Source of the DNA: Nanobdellota archaeon
Lineage (GTDB): Archaea; Nanobdellota; Nanobdellia; Woesearchaeales; JAHIVG01
Reading direction: 5' to 3'
DNA: 60,952 nucleotides
NCBI GenBank assembly: GCA_018816705.1
Contig: JAHIVG010000103.1
Coordinates: 1-60,952 of the forward strand
Every line of letters starts with the position of its first letter. Position 1 is the stretch's first letter. A program made the position numbers and the translations under genes. Below are positions 36,233-46,672 of the stretch, in pieces. The notes below the pieces were generated by a model that saw only the letters and a program-made list of their open reading frames with translations, made no database searches and was not told where the DNA came from.

Positions 36233-37366
36233 TCAGCCAAACATGAGGAGGTGGTCTTCCTTCTCCTTCTCCTTCACCTTGGCGATGGCCTCGATGAGAT
36301 CCTTCTCGTTGACCGTATTCCGGTTCTTCCTGATCGCAAAATAGCCTGCTTCGGTCGCGACAGCCCTTATCTCCGCACCGGAGAATCCATCCATCTTCAT
36401 CACGAGGCGCTTTATGTTCATCTTCTTGTTCAGCCTCATCCTCTTCGTGTGAATCCGGAAGATCTGCTCGATGCCTTCCTTGGTAGGGAGGGGGATGTGG
36501 ATCTGCCTGTCGAGACGGCCCGGCCGGAGCATAGCAGGGTCGAGTATGTCCCTCCTGTTGGTGCAGCCGATGACCTTCACGTCCGCAAGATGCTTGAAAC
36601 CATCTATCTCGGCGAGGAGCTGCATGAAGGTGCGCTGCACCTCCCTCTCGCCAGAGGTGCCTATCTCAATCCTCTTGGCCGCGATGGCATCCAGCTCATC
36701 GATGAATATTATCGAAGGCGCTTTCTCTTTTGCTAGGATGAAAATCTCCTTCACCAGCTTTGCGCCTTCGCCTATGAACTTCTGGACAAGCTCTGAGCCG
36801 ACTATCTCGATGAAAGTGCTTTTGGTCGAGGCAGCTACGGCCTTGGCAAGCAGTGTCTTCCCTGTACCTGGTTCGCCATGGAGCAATATGCCCTTAGGAG
36901 GCTGTATTCCCACCTTCTCGAATAGCTCGGGCTTCATCAAGGGAAGCTCTATGACCTCCTGCACCTCGATTATCTGGTCCTTCAGGCCGCCGACATCCTT
37001 CCAAGACACCTTGGGCTTCTCCATTATCACGAACTTCTCGACATCGAAACGCTTCGAGATGGACAGCCTCTTTATCACGGTCAGGTTGCGCTGCTCCACG
37101 AGCACCTGGTCCCCGACAGTGAGCTTTCCGCTGTTCCTAGACAGGTTGACGTAGAACCGGTTGCCGTTAGGGACCCTGATTATGACATGGTCCTTGAATA
37201 TCTCCCTGACCTCACAGACCATCAACGGAGGGGTCTTGAAGCGCTCCACCTCGTTCCTGAGCTCCTGAACTGTCTCCCTAAGAACTCTGTTCTCCTCCTC
37301 CATCTGATTCGTCTGAGTAGTGTAATTGTAGACTACGCTCTCCACTTCCTTGTCCTTCGATGTCAT
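36233..37366 (-). CDS. pan: Proteasome-activating nucleotidase
   Basis: Coiled coil plus OB domain; GEPGTGKT, SELVQKFIGEGA, FIDELDAI, SGEREVQRT, RPGRLDR. Confidence 0.95.
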   Translation of the reverse strand: MTSKDKEVESVVYNYTTQTNQMEEENRVLRETVQELRNEVERFKTPPLMVCEVREIFKDHVIIRVPNGNRFYVNLSRNSGKLTVGDQVLVEQRNLTVIKRLSISKRFDVEKFVIMEKPKVSWKDVGGLKDQIIEVQEVIELPLMKPELFEKVGIQPPKGILLHGEPGTGKTLLAKAVAASTKSTFIEIVGSELVQKFIGEGAKLVKEIFILAKEKAPSIIFIDELDAIAAKRIEIGTSGEREVQRTFMQLLAEIDGFKHLADVKVIGCTNRRDILDPAMLRPGRLDRQIHIPLPTKEGIEQIFRIHTKRMRLNKKMNIKRLVMKMDGFSGAEIRAVATEAGYFAIRKNRNTVNEKDLIEAIAKVKEKEKEDHLLMFG

Positions 37367-37376
37367 TATTATCCTA

Positions 37377-38684
37377 TCATTTCGATCCGGTTATGTTGAC
37401 GTCCTTCACCGACACCGCAGGGCTGATCACGGGGCTCTCTGTCTCCCAGCACATTATCTGCCTGCTTTCGTTGGAGGAATCAACCACAGAGCACAGCATC
37501 CTGGGCAGGTCATCACTCACCCTTATGCCCTTTACAGCCCCCTTCAGCTCTCCGTCCTCAATGATGAAGATCGCGTCCCTGGGGACAGTCGAGAACTGGC
37601 CTGTAAGGTAGTTCTGGAACCGTGTGTACCAAAGGTTTGTTATCAGCAAGCCTTTTCCTGTCTTTTTAAGCAGTTCCCCCTTATTATATTTTCCCTTTTT
37701 CATCACCACATTCCAGGGCCTGGGACAGACGAGGCCTGCATTGCCTGTGGTCCTCTTGCCGTGCTTTCGGGCCAGAGAGGTGTTGAACAAGTAGTTTTTC
37801 AGCACGCCCTCCTTTATTATCTCGGTCCGCCTGGTCGGCACCCCTTCATCATCAAAAGGAGTGGACTGCACCCCATTGGGTATCAGGGGATCATCGATTA
37901 TAGTGACCTTGTCTGATGCCACCTTTTTCCCGTGCTTGCCAGCCAGGAATGAAAGTCCTGCCTCCACGCTGAACATCGAAGCGGCGTTGCCGACATGGTC
38001 AAGGAGATTGGCAAACGCCAGTGGCTCGAACACGACATCATACTTGCCCAGCTTGATCCCCTTCGGATCCCTTGCGAGCAAGGCCGTCCTCGACGCATCT
38101 TTGGCCGCCTTTTCGGCGTCGAGGTGCTTGAGCATGCATCCTGCCCTGACCTCATGCGCAGAGGCATCCTTGGCTGCCAGCGCCCTCATAGAGAGATAAT
38201 AGCTAGAGCCCCTGGTCTCGGCATCAACACCATTAGATGTCAGGAGGTGTGTGTGACCGGTCCCATACTCGAAGACACCACCCAACCGGGTAGGCTTGGC
38301 AGCTACAATCGCTGACTTGACGATGTCCGGGGCCTGGCTGTCCAGGTCAAGTATGGACCCATCATATGTATCCCTTATCGTTTTGTAGTTGAAGCTGCCT
38401 TCGGCGATGCCGAAGTAATCCTCTTTGGGCTGCAATGCCTTGGCAAAGCTCACCAATGAGGAAGCCGTGGCCTTGAGATTGCTCTTGGTCAGGTGCTGCA
38501 ATGTGGTCGAGATCAGCCTTTTCTTATATGCGAAGAACAGCCTGTAGGAGGTATCCTCCCACATCTTCGTCGTGGCTATGACGCTGTTGACAAACTTTAT
38601 CTGGGTCTCGGTGAAGGTGTGGAGAGACATCACTATGTCATCTGCGCCTAGCCTTTCCAGCTCCTTGATCAGCAGTCGAATCAT
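37377..38684 (-). CDS. TldE/PmbA family protein
   Basis: PFDDEGVP, TTGNAG, TNLWYTRFQN; no HExxH; start set at 38684. Confidence 0.9.
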   Translation of the reverse strand: MIRLLIKELERLGADDIVMSLHTFTETQIKFVNSVIATTKMWEDTSYRLFFAYKKRLISTTLQHLTKSNLKATASSLVSFAKALQPKEDYFGIAEGSFNYKTIRDTYDGSILDLDSQAPDIVKSAIVAAKPTRLGGVFEYGTGHTHLLTSNGVDAETRGSSYYLSMRALAAKDASAHEVRAGCMLKHLDAEKAAKDASRTALLARDPKGIKLGKYDVVFEPLAFANLLDHVGNAASMFSVEAGLSFLAGKHGKKVASDKVTIIDDPLIPNGVQSTPFDDEGVPTRRTEIIKEGVLKNYLFNTSLARKHGKRTTGNAGLVCPRPWNVVMKKGKYNKGELLKKTGKGLLITNLWYTRFQNYLTGQFSTVPRDAIFIIEDGELKGAVKGIRVSDDLPRMLCSVVDSSNESRQIMCWETESPVISPAVSVKDVNITGSK

Positions 38685-40063
38685 CTTCCCACCCTGATCT
38701 TCCGTAGCCTGATCGATGGGCCACCCATCGTCACGGGCATGCCTTGCATGGGCTCGCCCTTGCCGCACGTGCCTGCGAAAAGCTCTACCTTGTCACTTAT
38801 AGCGTCGATGGATCTGTACAGGGTGTGCGTGCTCAGCTCGAGCACGGGCTGCCTCACCGGGACTGTGATCTCTCCATCTTCGATCAGATAAGCCTCGTTC
38901 CCCACATATTTCTGGTGCACCCGCCTGTCATCGATGTTCCACTCCATGAAGCTCTTGATGAAGACCCCCTTCTTTATGCCGTCGAGCAGTTCGTCGAACT
39001 TGTGGGTGCCGGGAAGCATGAAAGTGTTGGACATCCTAGGTATTGGCTCGCGGTTATAGGCTGATGCCCTTGCCGAGCCGTTGCTCCTGATGCCGAGGCT
39101 GCCGGCGGTCTCCCTGCTGTGCAGGAACTCGTTTATCCTTCCGGCCTTCATCAGGTACTTACGCCTGGCCTTAACGCCCTCATCATCGTACTGGTAATAA
39201 CCGGCGCTGTTCCTCACCGTAGGATCATCTACGACATCCACCATGCTGTTCCCGATCGCCTTGCCGCGCATATTCAGCGTAATGAATGACTCGCCTGCTT
39301 GGGCAGCCTCCCTCCCGAGGATCCTGTCAGCCTCATACGGGTGGCCGCCGCTCTCGTGCACGATTATCCCCACCACTTCCGGAGAGGCGACCACATCGAT
39401 ATTTCCCTTCGGGCAGGGAGTGCCTTTCTCAATATTCTTCGTCAGGGCGCATATCTCTCCTGCGAGCGCCTCGTGGAAACACCACTTCTTAACGTTCTCA
39501 TAGCCGCCGATGGATACCTTCTCCATATGCCTCTGCATAGTGACCTTCTTGCCGACTGTGAAGACGGTGTGCAACCCGACGTAGGGCTTTGAGCTCTCTA
39601 TGTGTGCCCCTTCGGACGAGGCGTAGACAGTGTCTGTCTGGGACATGAAAAACGAGAAGTATCGCAAAGGCAGCCCCTTTGCCACGGAATCGAGCTCAGC
39701 AAGATAGCTCAGGTTCTCCTCAGGGGAGACAGAGAACAACTTCTGCTTCTGCTTGATGTGCATCTTTCTCTTCACCGGCTGCGCCTTGGCAAGCGAGGTC
39801 TTGCCTGAATGCCTCGCCGTGCTCGCAGCCCTCCGGATGAGTCGGGTGAGAGCCTTCTTCGTGAGATTGTTGGTCGAGCAGAAACCCTGCCTGCCATCGA
39901 TGATCAGCCTTATGCCTATTCCCTTGCGCTCGTCCAGGCTGCCGAGCTCTGGGATGCCGTTCTTCAGGATGAATGACCTTGACCGGGTATTCTCGAGCCT
40001 GGCGTCCACGAATCCTGCGCCGTGCGTCTTGCCCTGCTCAACTGCGAATTCTGCCAGGGTCAT
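38681..40063 (-). CDS. tldD: TldD family metalloprotease
   Basis: HESGGHPYEAD, YDDEGV, PIPRMSNT, GTCGKG. Confidence 0.93.
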   Translation of the reverse strand: MTLAEFAVEQGKTHGAGFVDARLENTRSRSFILKNGIPELGSLDERKGIGIRLIIDGRQGFCSTNNLTKKALTRLIRRAASTARHSGKTSLAKAQPVKRKMHIKQKQKLFSVSPEENLSYLAELDSVAKGLPLRYFSFFMSQTDTVYASSEGAHIESSKPYVGLHTVFTVGKKVTMQRHMEKVSIGGYENVKKWCFHEALAGEICALTKNIEKGTPCPKGNIDVVASPEVVGIIVHESGGHPYEADRILGREAAQAGESFITLNMRGKAIGNSMVDVVDDPTVRNSAGYYQYDDEGVKARRKYLMKAGRINEFLHSRETAGSLGIRSNGSARASAYNREPIPRMSNTFMLPGTHKFDELLDGIKKGVFIKSFMEWNIDDRRVHQKYVGNEAYLIEDGEITVPVRQPVLELSTHTLYRSIDAISDKVELFAGTCGKGEPMQGMPVTMGGPSIRLRKIRVGR

Positions 40064-41007
40064 CTCAACGGCCCAAGAATTGATATCAGCTCTTCTGCCA
40101 CCGCCTTCTTGAGGTCCTGCGGGTGAAGCTCCTTCTTCTCATATGACCTGGAAAGCTCGTCAAATGATCCGAAGGCCAGATTGCCGCCGAATTTCTCAGG
40201 TCTCTTCACTTCGAGGCTGTCTATGCGTGGGAACACTATGAGCCCGGTGATGGCCAGGACAGGGTTGTCCTTGATGACGCCTTCAGGGCAGAAGGCCTTG
40301 TTCAGCTTCTTCCTTATCGATTCAGGGGAGTCCTTGACGCTTATCAATGATTCCGGGTCAGAAGAGCTCATCTTGCCCTCCTTGGCTATGGACGGGATGA
40401 GGGGTGTGTGGATGCAAAGCGGCGCCTTCCATCCAAGTTCTGGGAGCAGCTCCCTTGCGAGCATGTGGATCTTCCTCTGCTCAATGCCTGCATAGGCTAT
40501 GTCCAGCTTCAATGCCTTGATGTCCTCGATCTGCATGAAAGGGTATATGAGCTGGGAGACCTTTGCGTGCTCTATGTCCCTGGCTACCTCCTGCATGCTC
40601 CTCAAGGCACGCTTCATGGTCGTCTTGAGCGACATCTTCAGGATGTCGTCGATGTATGCGAGGTCGCGCTGGAAAGAGCTTCCGAGGACGAACTCTGCGT
40701 CCTTCAGCCCTGCTTTCTTGAATATGGCTTTCCATTCCTTGACCTGGTCGTGGATGAAGTCCCATTCACCTTTCTGGTTCAACCAGGTATGCCAATCGGC
40801 GAACAGGACCTTTATCTTGCAGCCTGCTTCCATCAAGTCCATGAGCTTAGTGATGGTGACAAGATGGCCGAGGTGGACCTCTCCGGAGGTCTCGTAGCCG
40901 CAGTAAGCCACAGGATGCTTCTTTTCCTTGAAAAGTGGCTCGAGCTCTGACTCCTCGATTATCTCTACAGTATTCCTCCTCACGAGCCTTAATCTGTCGT
41001 CTACCAT
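40060..41007 (-). CDS. tyrS: Tyrosyl-tRNA synthetase (archaeal type)
   Basis: YCGYETSGEVHLGH, ADWH, IYPFMQ..D, GIEQRKIHMLARE, KMSSS, LHPQDLK. Confidence 0.96.
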   Translation of the reverse strand: MVDDRLRLVRRNTVEIIEESELEPLFKEKKHPVAYCGYETSGEVHLGHLVTITKLMDLMEAGCKIKVLFADWHTWLNQKGEWDFIHDQVKEWKAIFKKAGLKDAEFVLGSSFQRDLAYIDDILKMSLKTTMKRALRSMQEVARDIEHAKVSQLIYPFMQIEDIKALKLDIAYAGIEQRKIHMLARELLPELGWKAPLCIHTPLIPSIAKEGKMSSSDPESLISVKDSPESIRKKLNKAFCPEGVIKDNPVLAITGLIVFPRIDSLEVKRPEKFGGNLAFGSFDELSRSYEKKELHPQDLKKAVAEELISILGPLR

Positions 41008-41223
41008 ACCTTCAAAGATGAGTCGAGGAGTTTATATATCTTTGGGTGAGAAAAAAGCAGATGAAAACGCCACAACATTTATAAATGGACCCTGGCTCCT
41101 CAGGCGTATTACCAAATGCCTTCCCATTGGAGGGAGGCGGCTTGCGTGAGGTGATAAAAACCGCAAGGTTTTCTCGGCAGGCAATGATGTAAATGTCAAA
41201 TAAGGCAATCACATGGTGATATC

Positions 41224-41823
41224 ATGACAGAAGAGACCTTTTTGGTGCCCACGAACCAGTACCTCAAGGCAGGCATACACATAGGCACCAAGTTCCAGAC
41301 CAAGTACATGGCAAGATTCATCTACAAGACCAGGCCTGACGGACTGGCCGTGCTCAACCTGGCGAAGATAGACGAACGCATCAAGATAGCTGCAAAGCTG
41401 CTGGCAACGTACTCACCAGAAGACATCGTGGTCGTCAGCAGGCGAGAGAACGGCTGGAAAGCAGCAAAGATGTTCGGCAAGGCCACTGGAGTGAGGGTGT
41501 ACGCTGGAAGGTACCCTCCAGGCATCCTGACCAATCCCAACCTGGAATCCTTCATCGAGGCCAAGATAATCCTAGCGACGGACTCATGGCCAGACCGCAA
41601 CGCCATAAACGACGCCCTGAAGATGGGAATCCCGGTCATTGCGCTGTGCGACACCAACAACCAAGCGAACAACCTGGACCTGGTGGTGCCGTGCAACAAC
41701 AAGGGCAAGAAGAGCCTAGGACTATTGTTCTACATCCTCGCAAGAGAGTTCTTGAAAGAGAAGAAGACCATCAAGTCAGACGAGGAATACAAGCCCCAGA
41801 TAGATGACTTCACAGAGGAATAG
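41224..41823 (+). CDS. rps2: 30S ribosomal protein S2
   Basis: YLKAGIHIGT, GRYPPGILTNP, ALCDT, PCNNKGKKSL. Confidence 0.97.
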   Translation: MTEETFLVPTNQYLKAGIHIGTKFQTKYMARFIYKTRPDGLAVLNLAKIDERIKIAAKLLATYSPEDIVVVSRRENGWKAAKMFGKATGVRVYAGRYPPGILTNPNLESFIEAKIILATDSWPDRNAINDALKMGIPVIALCDTNNQANNLDLVVPCNNKGKKSLGLLFYILAREFLKEKKTIKSDEEYKPQIDDFTEE

Positions 41824-42441
41824 CTAGCCCAACTGGAAGCCTGTCTGGGTGATGACGAATCGCTTTGTCAACCCTTCTTTAAGCGAGCGGTGCTTCCTCA
41901 GAGTCGCCACCCTGGAATCCGTGTCCTTGGAGAGTTCCAGCAAGCACTTGCTGCTGTAGCTTATCAAATCCCCACCGACGGGAAGGACCTCCTCTTTCGA
42001 GAACGGCGAGTAGACATGGTCAGTGAGCAAAGCCGGTATCTTAGCCTTCCTCGCAATCTTCCAGACCAGGCCGAGCTGGAGGGCCATGGCCCTGTTGACA
42101 GCCGCAGGGTCCTTTGTGCCTGCGAGCTCTAAGCGGTAGAGCATGGCGACCGAATCCAGGGCCAGCATGCCCATCCTCGGTGTCTGCCTGTACAGCATGG
42201 TCAGCTGCCGTTGCAGCTCCTGGAAAGACCTCGGCCTGAGCAATGACATGTCGATCCTTCCCAGCTGCCTAAGGCGGTCGGCAGACACGCCGTTCTCAGT
42301 GTCGATGAAGACAGTCTTCCTCTGTCCTGACAGGGATTGGGCTGCGAGCAGGCAGTAGTTGGTCTTCCCCGTGCCAGACGGCCCGTACACCGTGGTGAGC
42401 ACTCCCGGTTCAAGATTCATCATGCCTAACGGATCCTTCAT
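41824..42441 (-). CDS. radB: DNA repair protein RadB
   Basis: YGPSGTGKTN, FIDTE, LDS..LYRLE, KHRS motif. Confidence 0.9.
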   Translation of the reverse strand: MKDPLGMMNLEPGVLTTVYGPSGTGKTNYCLLAAQSLSGQRKTVFIDTENGVSADRLRQLGRIDMSLLRPRSFQELQRQLTMLYRQTPRMGMLALDSVAMLYRLELAGTKDPAAVNRAMALQLGLVWKIARKAKIPALLTDHVYSPFSKEEVLPVGGDLISYSSKCLLELSKDTDSRVATLRKHRSLKEGLTKRFVITQTGFQLG

Positions 42442-42599
42442 GCCTCTTAATGGGGAGAAAATGCTTTAAAAGTTCTTGGGAGGCATTTCCGGAAAAGACA
42501 AGGCCTAGACCGGAAGGATTCCGGAGAATGCCGGAAATGTGCGTGAACAAGGCTCTGATGACAAAGAATTTTTAAATAATACGGATACAGGTTCTGGTT

Positions 42600-44087
42600 A
42601 TGAAAGCCAGCAGGATAGCAGTACTTATCACGGTGTTCCTCATCGTCTTCGGGGTGAGGCTGTTCCTGGCCTTCCAGACCCCTGAATTCAACTACGACTC
42701 CTACCAGGAGCTGAGACAGGTAGAGCATATAAAGGAGACCGGAAGGCACATCTCTCATGACCCGTTGAGCTACGGCGGCAAGGACGTCGGCGGCTCCCCT
42801 TTCTATTCATACATACTGGCTGCCGGCACCATATTCATGCCCTTGGACATAACCCTAAAAGTCCTGCCTAATGCCTTCATCAGCCTCCTTGCAGTCATAA
42901 TCTTCTTCATCACACTGAAGATCACCCGCAAGCGTGAGGTGGCACTCTTCACAGCGATAATCTCAGGATTCGTGCCGATAATATACGAGACCACGCTCTA
43001 CAACCTGTCTTCCCTATGCCTGGTGATCCCCTTGATATTCTTTTGCCTGCACTTCTTCATGAGCATCAAGACTTCCCTGCCCTGGTTCCTGGTGTGCTTC
43101 CTGGCGCTCACAGTCATCAGTCCCCTGGCCTTCGTGCTCATACTGAGCCTGATCTTCTACCTGGCACTTGCCAAGTCAGAGGGCCTCCGCATGAGCAGGT
43201 CAGAGCTCGAGGTTGTGCTGTTCACCACTTTCTTCGGGCTTTGGCTGCAGTTCCTCATCCACAAGAACACGCTGCTCTTCCACGGATCCAGCGTGATATG
43301 GAAGAACATCCCGGCAGACATGATAGGAAGATTCTTCAGCGACCTGACCGTAGTGGAATCCCTGGTCAGCATAGGCGTCATCCCCTTCGTCTTCGGAGTG
43401 TACATAATATACAGGTACATCTTCAAGGAGAAGGACAGGGCAATGCACCTCTTCGCAGCACTGGCCATCACCTTGGGATTGCTGCTATGGATGAAACTGA
43501 TCCTGCTCAGCACCGGACTGAGCATCCTGGGTATAGTCCTGGTCATACTCCTCGGCAAGTTCCTCCAGTTGTTCATAAACTATGTCCAGAAGACCAAGGT
43601 CGCCAGGTACAAGAACCTGTTCCTCGGCGTGATATTCACGGTCTTCTTCATCACATCCATCGTGCCTTCGGTCACCATAGCGCAGAAACAGCTTGTCGAA
43701 GATATACCCGGCCAAGACGAGATCCTGGCGCTCAAGTGGGTGGAGAGCAACTCCCCGGAAGGGACCATGGTGGCAGAGCTGGAGGAAGGCTACCTGGTCA
43801 TGGCAGTAGCCCATAGAAACACAATCATCAACCCTGACTTCCTCCTCACGGACAATGTGGCGGAAAGGATCTCAGACGTGGAAGAGATATTCACAGGCCC
43901 TCACAAGACAGACGCACTTTCCCTGCTGCAGAAATATAATGCCAGCTACATATACATGTCTCCGAAGACCATGGAAAAATATGACATCATCGGTCTGCCT
44001 TATGCTGACCAATGCTTCCCGACCGTCTACGACAAGGGGGTCAAGATATACAAAGTCGCGTGCAGGCTGGAGGAGGGAGAAGGATGA
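42600..44087 (+). CDS. Multi-pass membrane GT-C/AglB-like protein
   Basis: YDSYQELRQVE, DPLSYGG; about 11 TMs; ALKWVESN..LLQKYNASYIY C-terminal domain. Confidence 0.65.
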   Translation: MKASRIAVLITVFLIVFGVRLFLAFQTPEFNYDSYQELRQVEHIKETGRHISHDPLSYGGKDVGGSPFYSYILAAGTIFMPLDITLKVLPNAFISLLAVIIFFITLKITRKREVALFTAIISGFVPIIYETTLYNLSSLCLVIPLIFFCLHFFMSIKTSLPWFLVCFLALTVISPLAFVLILSLIFYLALAKSEGLRMSRSELEVVLFTTFFGLWLQFLIHKNTLLFHGSSVIWKNIPADMIGRFFSDLTVVESLVSIGVIPFVFGVYIIYRYIFKEKDRAMHLFAALAITLGLLLWMKLILLSTGLSILGIVLVILLGKFLQLFINYVQKTKVARYKNLFLGVIFTVFFITSIVPSVTIAQKQLVEDIPGQDEILALKWVESNSPEGTMVAELEEGYLVMAVAHRNTIINPDFLLTDNVAERISDVEEIFTGPHKTDALSLLQKYNASYIYMSPKTMEKYDIIGLPYADQCFPTVYDKGVKIYKVACRLEEGEG

Positions 44088-45382
44088 ACCGCAAAGAGAT
44101 ACTTATGGTGATCTCAATCCTGGCCATAGTCCTCCTATTGGCGCTGATACCTGTACTGGCCAGAGGCATAGTGAGCGAAGGGCTGCTCATAGGACCTGAA
44201 CCCTACGAAGCCATCAACGGGACAGGTACAGCATTCTCTTGGATGCTCGGGATCATCAAATCCGTGCTGGGGCTCAAGGCTGCGCTAACTGCTGCCAAGG
44301 CCATACCGATTGCCTCGATCATCCTCGGAGGGTTCATGCTTTTCTTGATACTGAGGCTTGAGAGGAGCCGTATCGTCTCCCTGCTGGCCCTAACATTCTT
44401 CATCTCATCCTCTGCAGCAATATCAGCCATGCTGAGGTTCGGAGACTATGCCACACATTTCCTCCTCGCTTCCCTGGGGATTCTCATTTTCACAAGGAAG
44501 AGGGCTTGGCCCTTCTCTGTGATCCCCCTCATCATCATGTGCAGAAGCAGCCCAGCTTTCGGACTGGCCATCCTGGTCGGGATATTCATCTTCTCAGCAA
44601 AAAGATACCTTGTGCGGAGTCTTGCAGTATGCCTTGTTTCAGGCCTCGTCGGGATATCGGTCCAGGGCCTCGTGACCGTACCAGGACAGAAACTGCTGAT
44701 AGCAGACTTCGGCGCCATCACAGGAGTGTCCATATTCACCCTGCTGGCAGCCTTCGGAGGGATGTTCGTCATCTGGAACAGGAGGACGACCATGGCAGGA
44801 TATTACCTCTTCCTGGCAGCTGTGGCAGCGGGCTTCTGGCTCTGGCCCTCAGAATATGCGCTTCTTCTCGCAGCCATCTCCTCAATCTTTGCCGCCTTCG
44901 CAGTCGAGAGGCTGTTGGTCATGAAATGGCAGTTCAACCTCATCAAGCACCTCACGCTTCTGACCATCGCCTGCGGAGTGCTCTTCTCATTATTGGTTAC
45001 CCTTGACACGCTCACAGTATCCCAGCCGGACTCACTCATGGTACAGAGCTGGCTATCACTGTCAAGGATGCCTAAAGGGAACGTGCTGAGCCTCGAAGAA
45101 TACGGCCCGTGGATAAGGTCTTTCTCAGGCCAAGAGCATTCCATCCAGACATCCGACGCATATGAAATATTCTATGCGGTAGAACTCAAGAAGGCCAAGA
45201 CAGTCCTGGCTGAGAACAACATAAGCTACATCTGGATAAACGACGAGATGAAGAACGGAAGGATCTGGCACCAGCCAGAGGAAGGCCTCCTGTTCCTGCT
45301 GCGCAACAATGAGACATTCAACAAGGTCTACCAGCATGCAGGGATAGAGATCTGGGAAGTGGCTAACCTTTCCTTATCTTGA
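44084..45382 (+). CDS. Second multi-pass GT-C-like protein
   Basis: Many TMs; VLS..EYGPWI, LAENNISYIW; ATGA overlap with the previous gene. Confidence 0.6.
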   Translation: MNRKEILMVISILAIVLLLALIPVLARGIVSEGLLIGPEPYEAINGTGTAFSWMLGIIKSVLGLKAALTAAKAIPIASIILGGFMLFLILRLERSRIVSLLALTFFISSSAAISAMLRFGDYATHFLLASLGILIFTRKRAWPFSVIPLIIMCRSSPAFGLAILVGIFIFSAKRYLVRSLAVCLVSGLVGISVQGLVTVPGQKLLIADFGAITGVSIFTLLAAFGGMFVIWNRRTTMAGYYLFLAAVAAGFWLWPSEYALLLAAISSIFAAFAVERLLVMKWQFNLIKHLTLLTIACGVLFSLLVTLDTLTVSQPDSLMVQSWLSLSRMPKGNVLSLEEYGPWIRSFSGQEHSIQTSDAYEIFYAVELKKAKTVLAENNISYIWINDEMKNGRIWHQPEEGLLFLLRNNETFNKVYQHAGIEIWEVANLSLS

Positions 45383-45806
45383 TCAGGTCGCCTATCGTGA
45401 GCTGGTCAGAACTCTTCTTGGCAGATGTCTCGTGCTTCTCCTCGATCTGCTCCACCAGGGTTATGCCGAGCACGCGCTCGAACTTCCTGGCCATGGTGAG
45501 CGAGGGCTCAAAGCCGCCGGTCTCAATCTTATGTATCAAGGATTCCTTCTCGTTCAGCTTCTTGGCAAAATCCTTCTGGGTCAAGCCGAGTGATTCTCTC
45601 TTGCGCCTGATGACTTCAGCGAAATCCGGTTTCACTGCCTGGATGCGCTCCACGGACGACTTGGGAATGTCCGGAGAATCTGTCCGGATCCTGACCCTGC
45701 CGAGAACCTGGCCGTAGCCAGCACATTTCTTGCATACTGTCAGCTCAGTGCCCTCGATCTTCGCGTGCACCAACATGCTCTCCGCCCCGCACATATCACA
45801 CTGCAT
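45363..45806 (-). CDS. Multiprotein bridging factor aMBF1
   Basis: MQCDMCG..IEG..VCKKCA Zn ribbon; GLTQKDFAKKLNEKESLIHKIETG; TIGDLI. Confidence 0.93.
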   Translation of the reverse strand: MQCDMCGAESMLVHAKIEGTELTVCKKCAGYGQVLGRVRIRTDSPDIPKSSVERIQAVKPDFAEVIRRKRESLGLTQKDFAKKLNEKESLIHKIETGGFEPSLTMARKFERVLGITLVEQIEEKHETSAKKSSDQLTIGDLIKIRKG

Positions 45807-45841
45807 GTTACTGGAGAATAGACGAACGTATAAATATTTTT

Positions 45842-46666
45842 CTACAGTTTGACGCAGAATTTCTTCACAAAGTGGTCGGGATGGTAGCTTAGCTTGGCTT
45901 TCCTGAGGCCTTCGAGGCCGAGGTCCTGCTCCCGGTTGATCCATCTATAGCTGCTTAGCTTCTCGGCCATGGCCTTGTTGATGAATTGGTACAGACCCCT
46001 GTAAGAGCCGTTGGCCTTCTCGAAGTGTATCACGAACGTGGACTCGTTCAGAGGCTCTCCGAGAGTAAATGCTTCCACCTTTCCGTTGATTTTTATTGCC
46101 ATGCCCATGATTGGCAGCTCTGACACGTGTTTGAAGGTCTCCCTTATCGCCTGGTCCTCGCCAAGGAGTGTACCTGACGAGCAGTCCCTAAGATTGCACC
46201 AGGCCTCCTGGAGTGCGAGACATTCTTTCACTATCTCAGGCGTGCATTCGGCGAACTCCGGGCTGTGCTTAAAGGCGCTCTTAATGAAGTTCCTCTTCTC
46301 CATGTATTTTGTTCCTGGGAGGTCTGCCAGGTCAATCTGGTTGTATACATAGTCCCAGTTCTGCCTCTCCTCGATCACGTTAAGGCCCTTGGCCCTCTTC
46401 GCAAGCTCTTCTGGCACTCTTGAGAGTGGGGCTTCCTGTGCGAGCTCCTTCAGCAAGGATTCGGTGCTCGGCCCCACCGGGGCAAAGAAATATGGTTCGT
46501 CGATGTCGGCCTTGATAATAAGATGTTCCTGCCTCTCCTCGAACACAATAGGCCTGGTCTTCTGCCAGGTGAAGAGGTTGGTGAAGGTAAGCTCAGATAT
46601 CTCTGGCGGAAAGCGCTTGAAATAGCGATCAAAAAGCTCTCTGTCTTCAAGAGTCAAAGATCTCAT
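45842..46666 (-). CDS. DUF2156 (LPG synthase C-terminal-like GNAT) protein
   Basis: SELTFTNLFTW, DYVY..LADLPG, IHFEKAN, INREQDLGLEGLRKAKLSYHP. Confidence 0.88.
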   Translation of the reverse strand: MRSLTLEDRELFDRYFKRFPPEISELTFTNLFTWQKTRPIVFEERQEHLIIKADIDEPYFFAPVGPSTESLLKELAQEAPLSRVPEELAKRAKGLNVIEERQNWDYVYNQIDLADLPGTKYMEKRNFIKSAFKHSPEFAECTPEIVKECLALQEAWCNLRDCSSGTLLGEDQAIRETFKHVSELPIMGMAIKINGKVEAFTLGEPLNESTFVIHFEKANGSYRGLYQFINKAMAEKLSSYRWINREQDLGLEGLRKAKLSYHPDHFVKKFCVKL

Positions 46667-46672
46667 CAGGTT

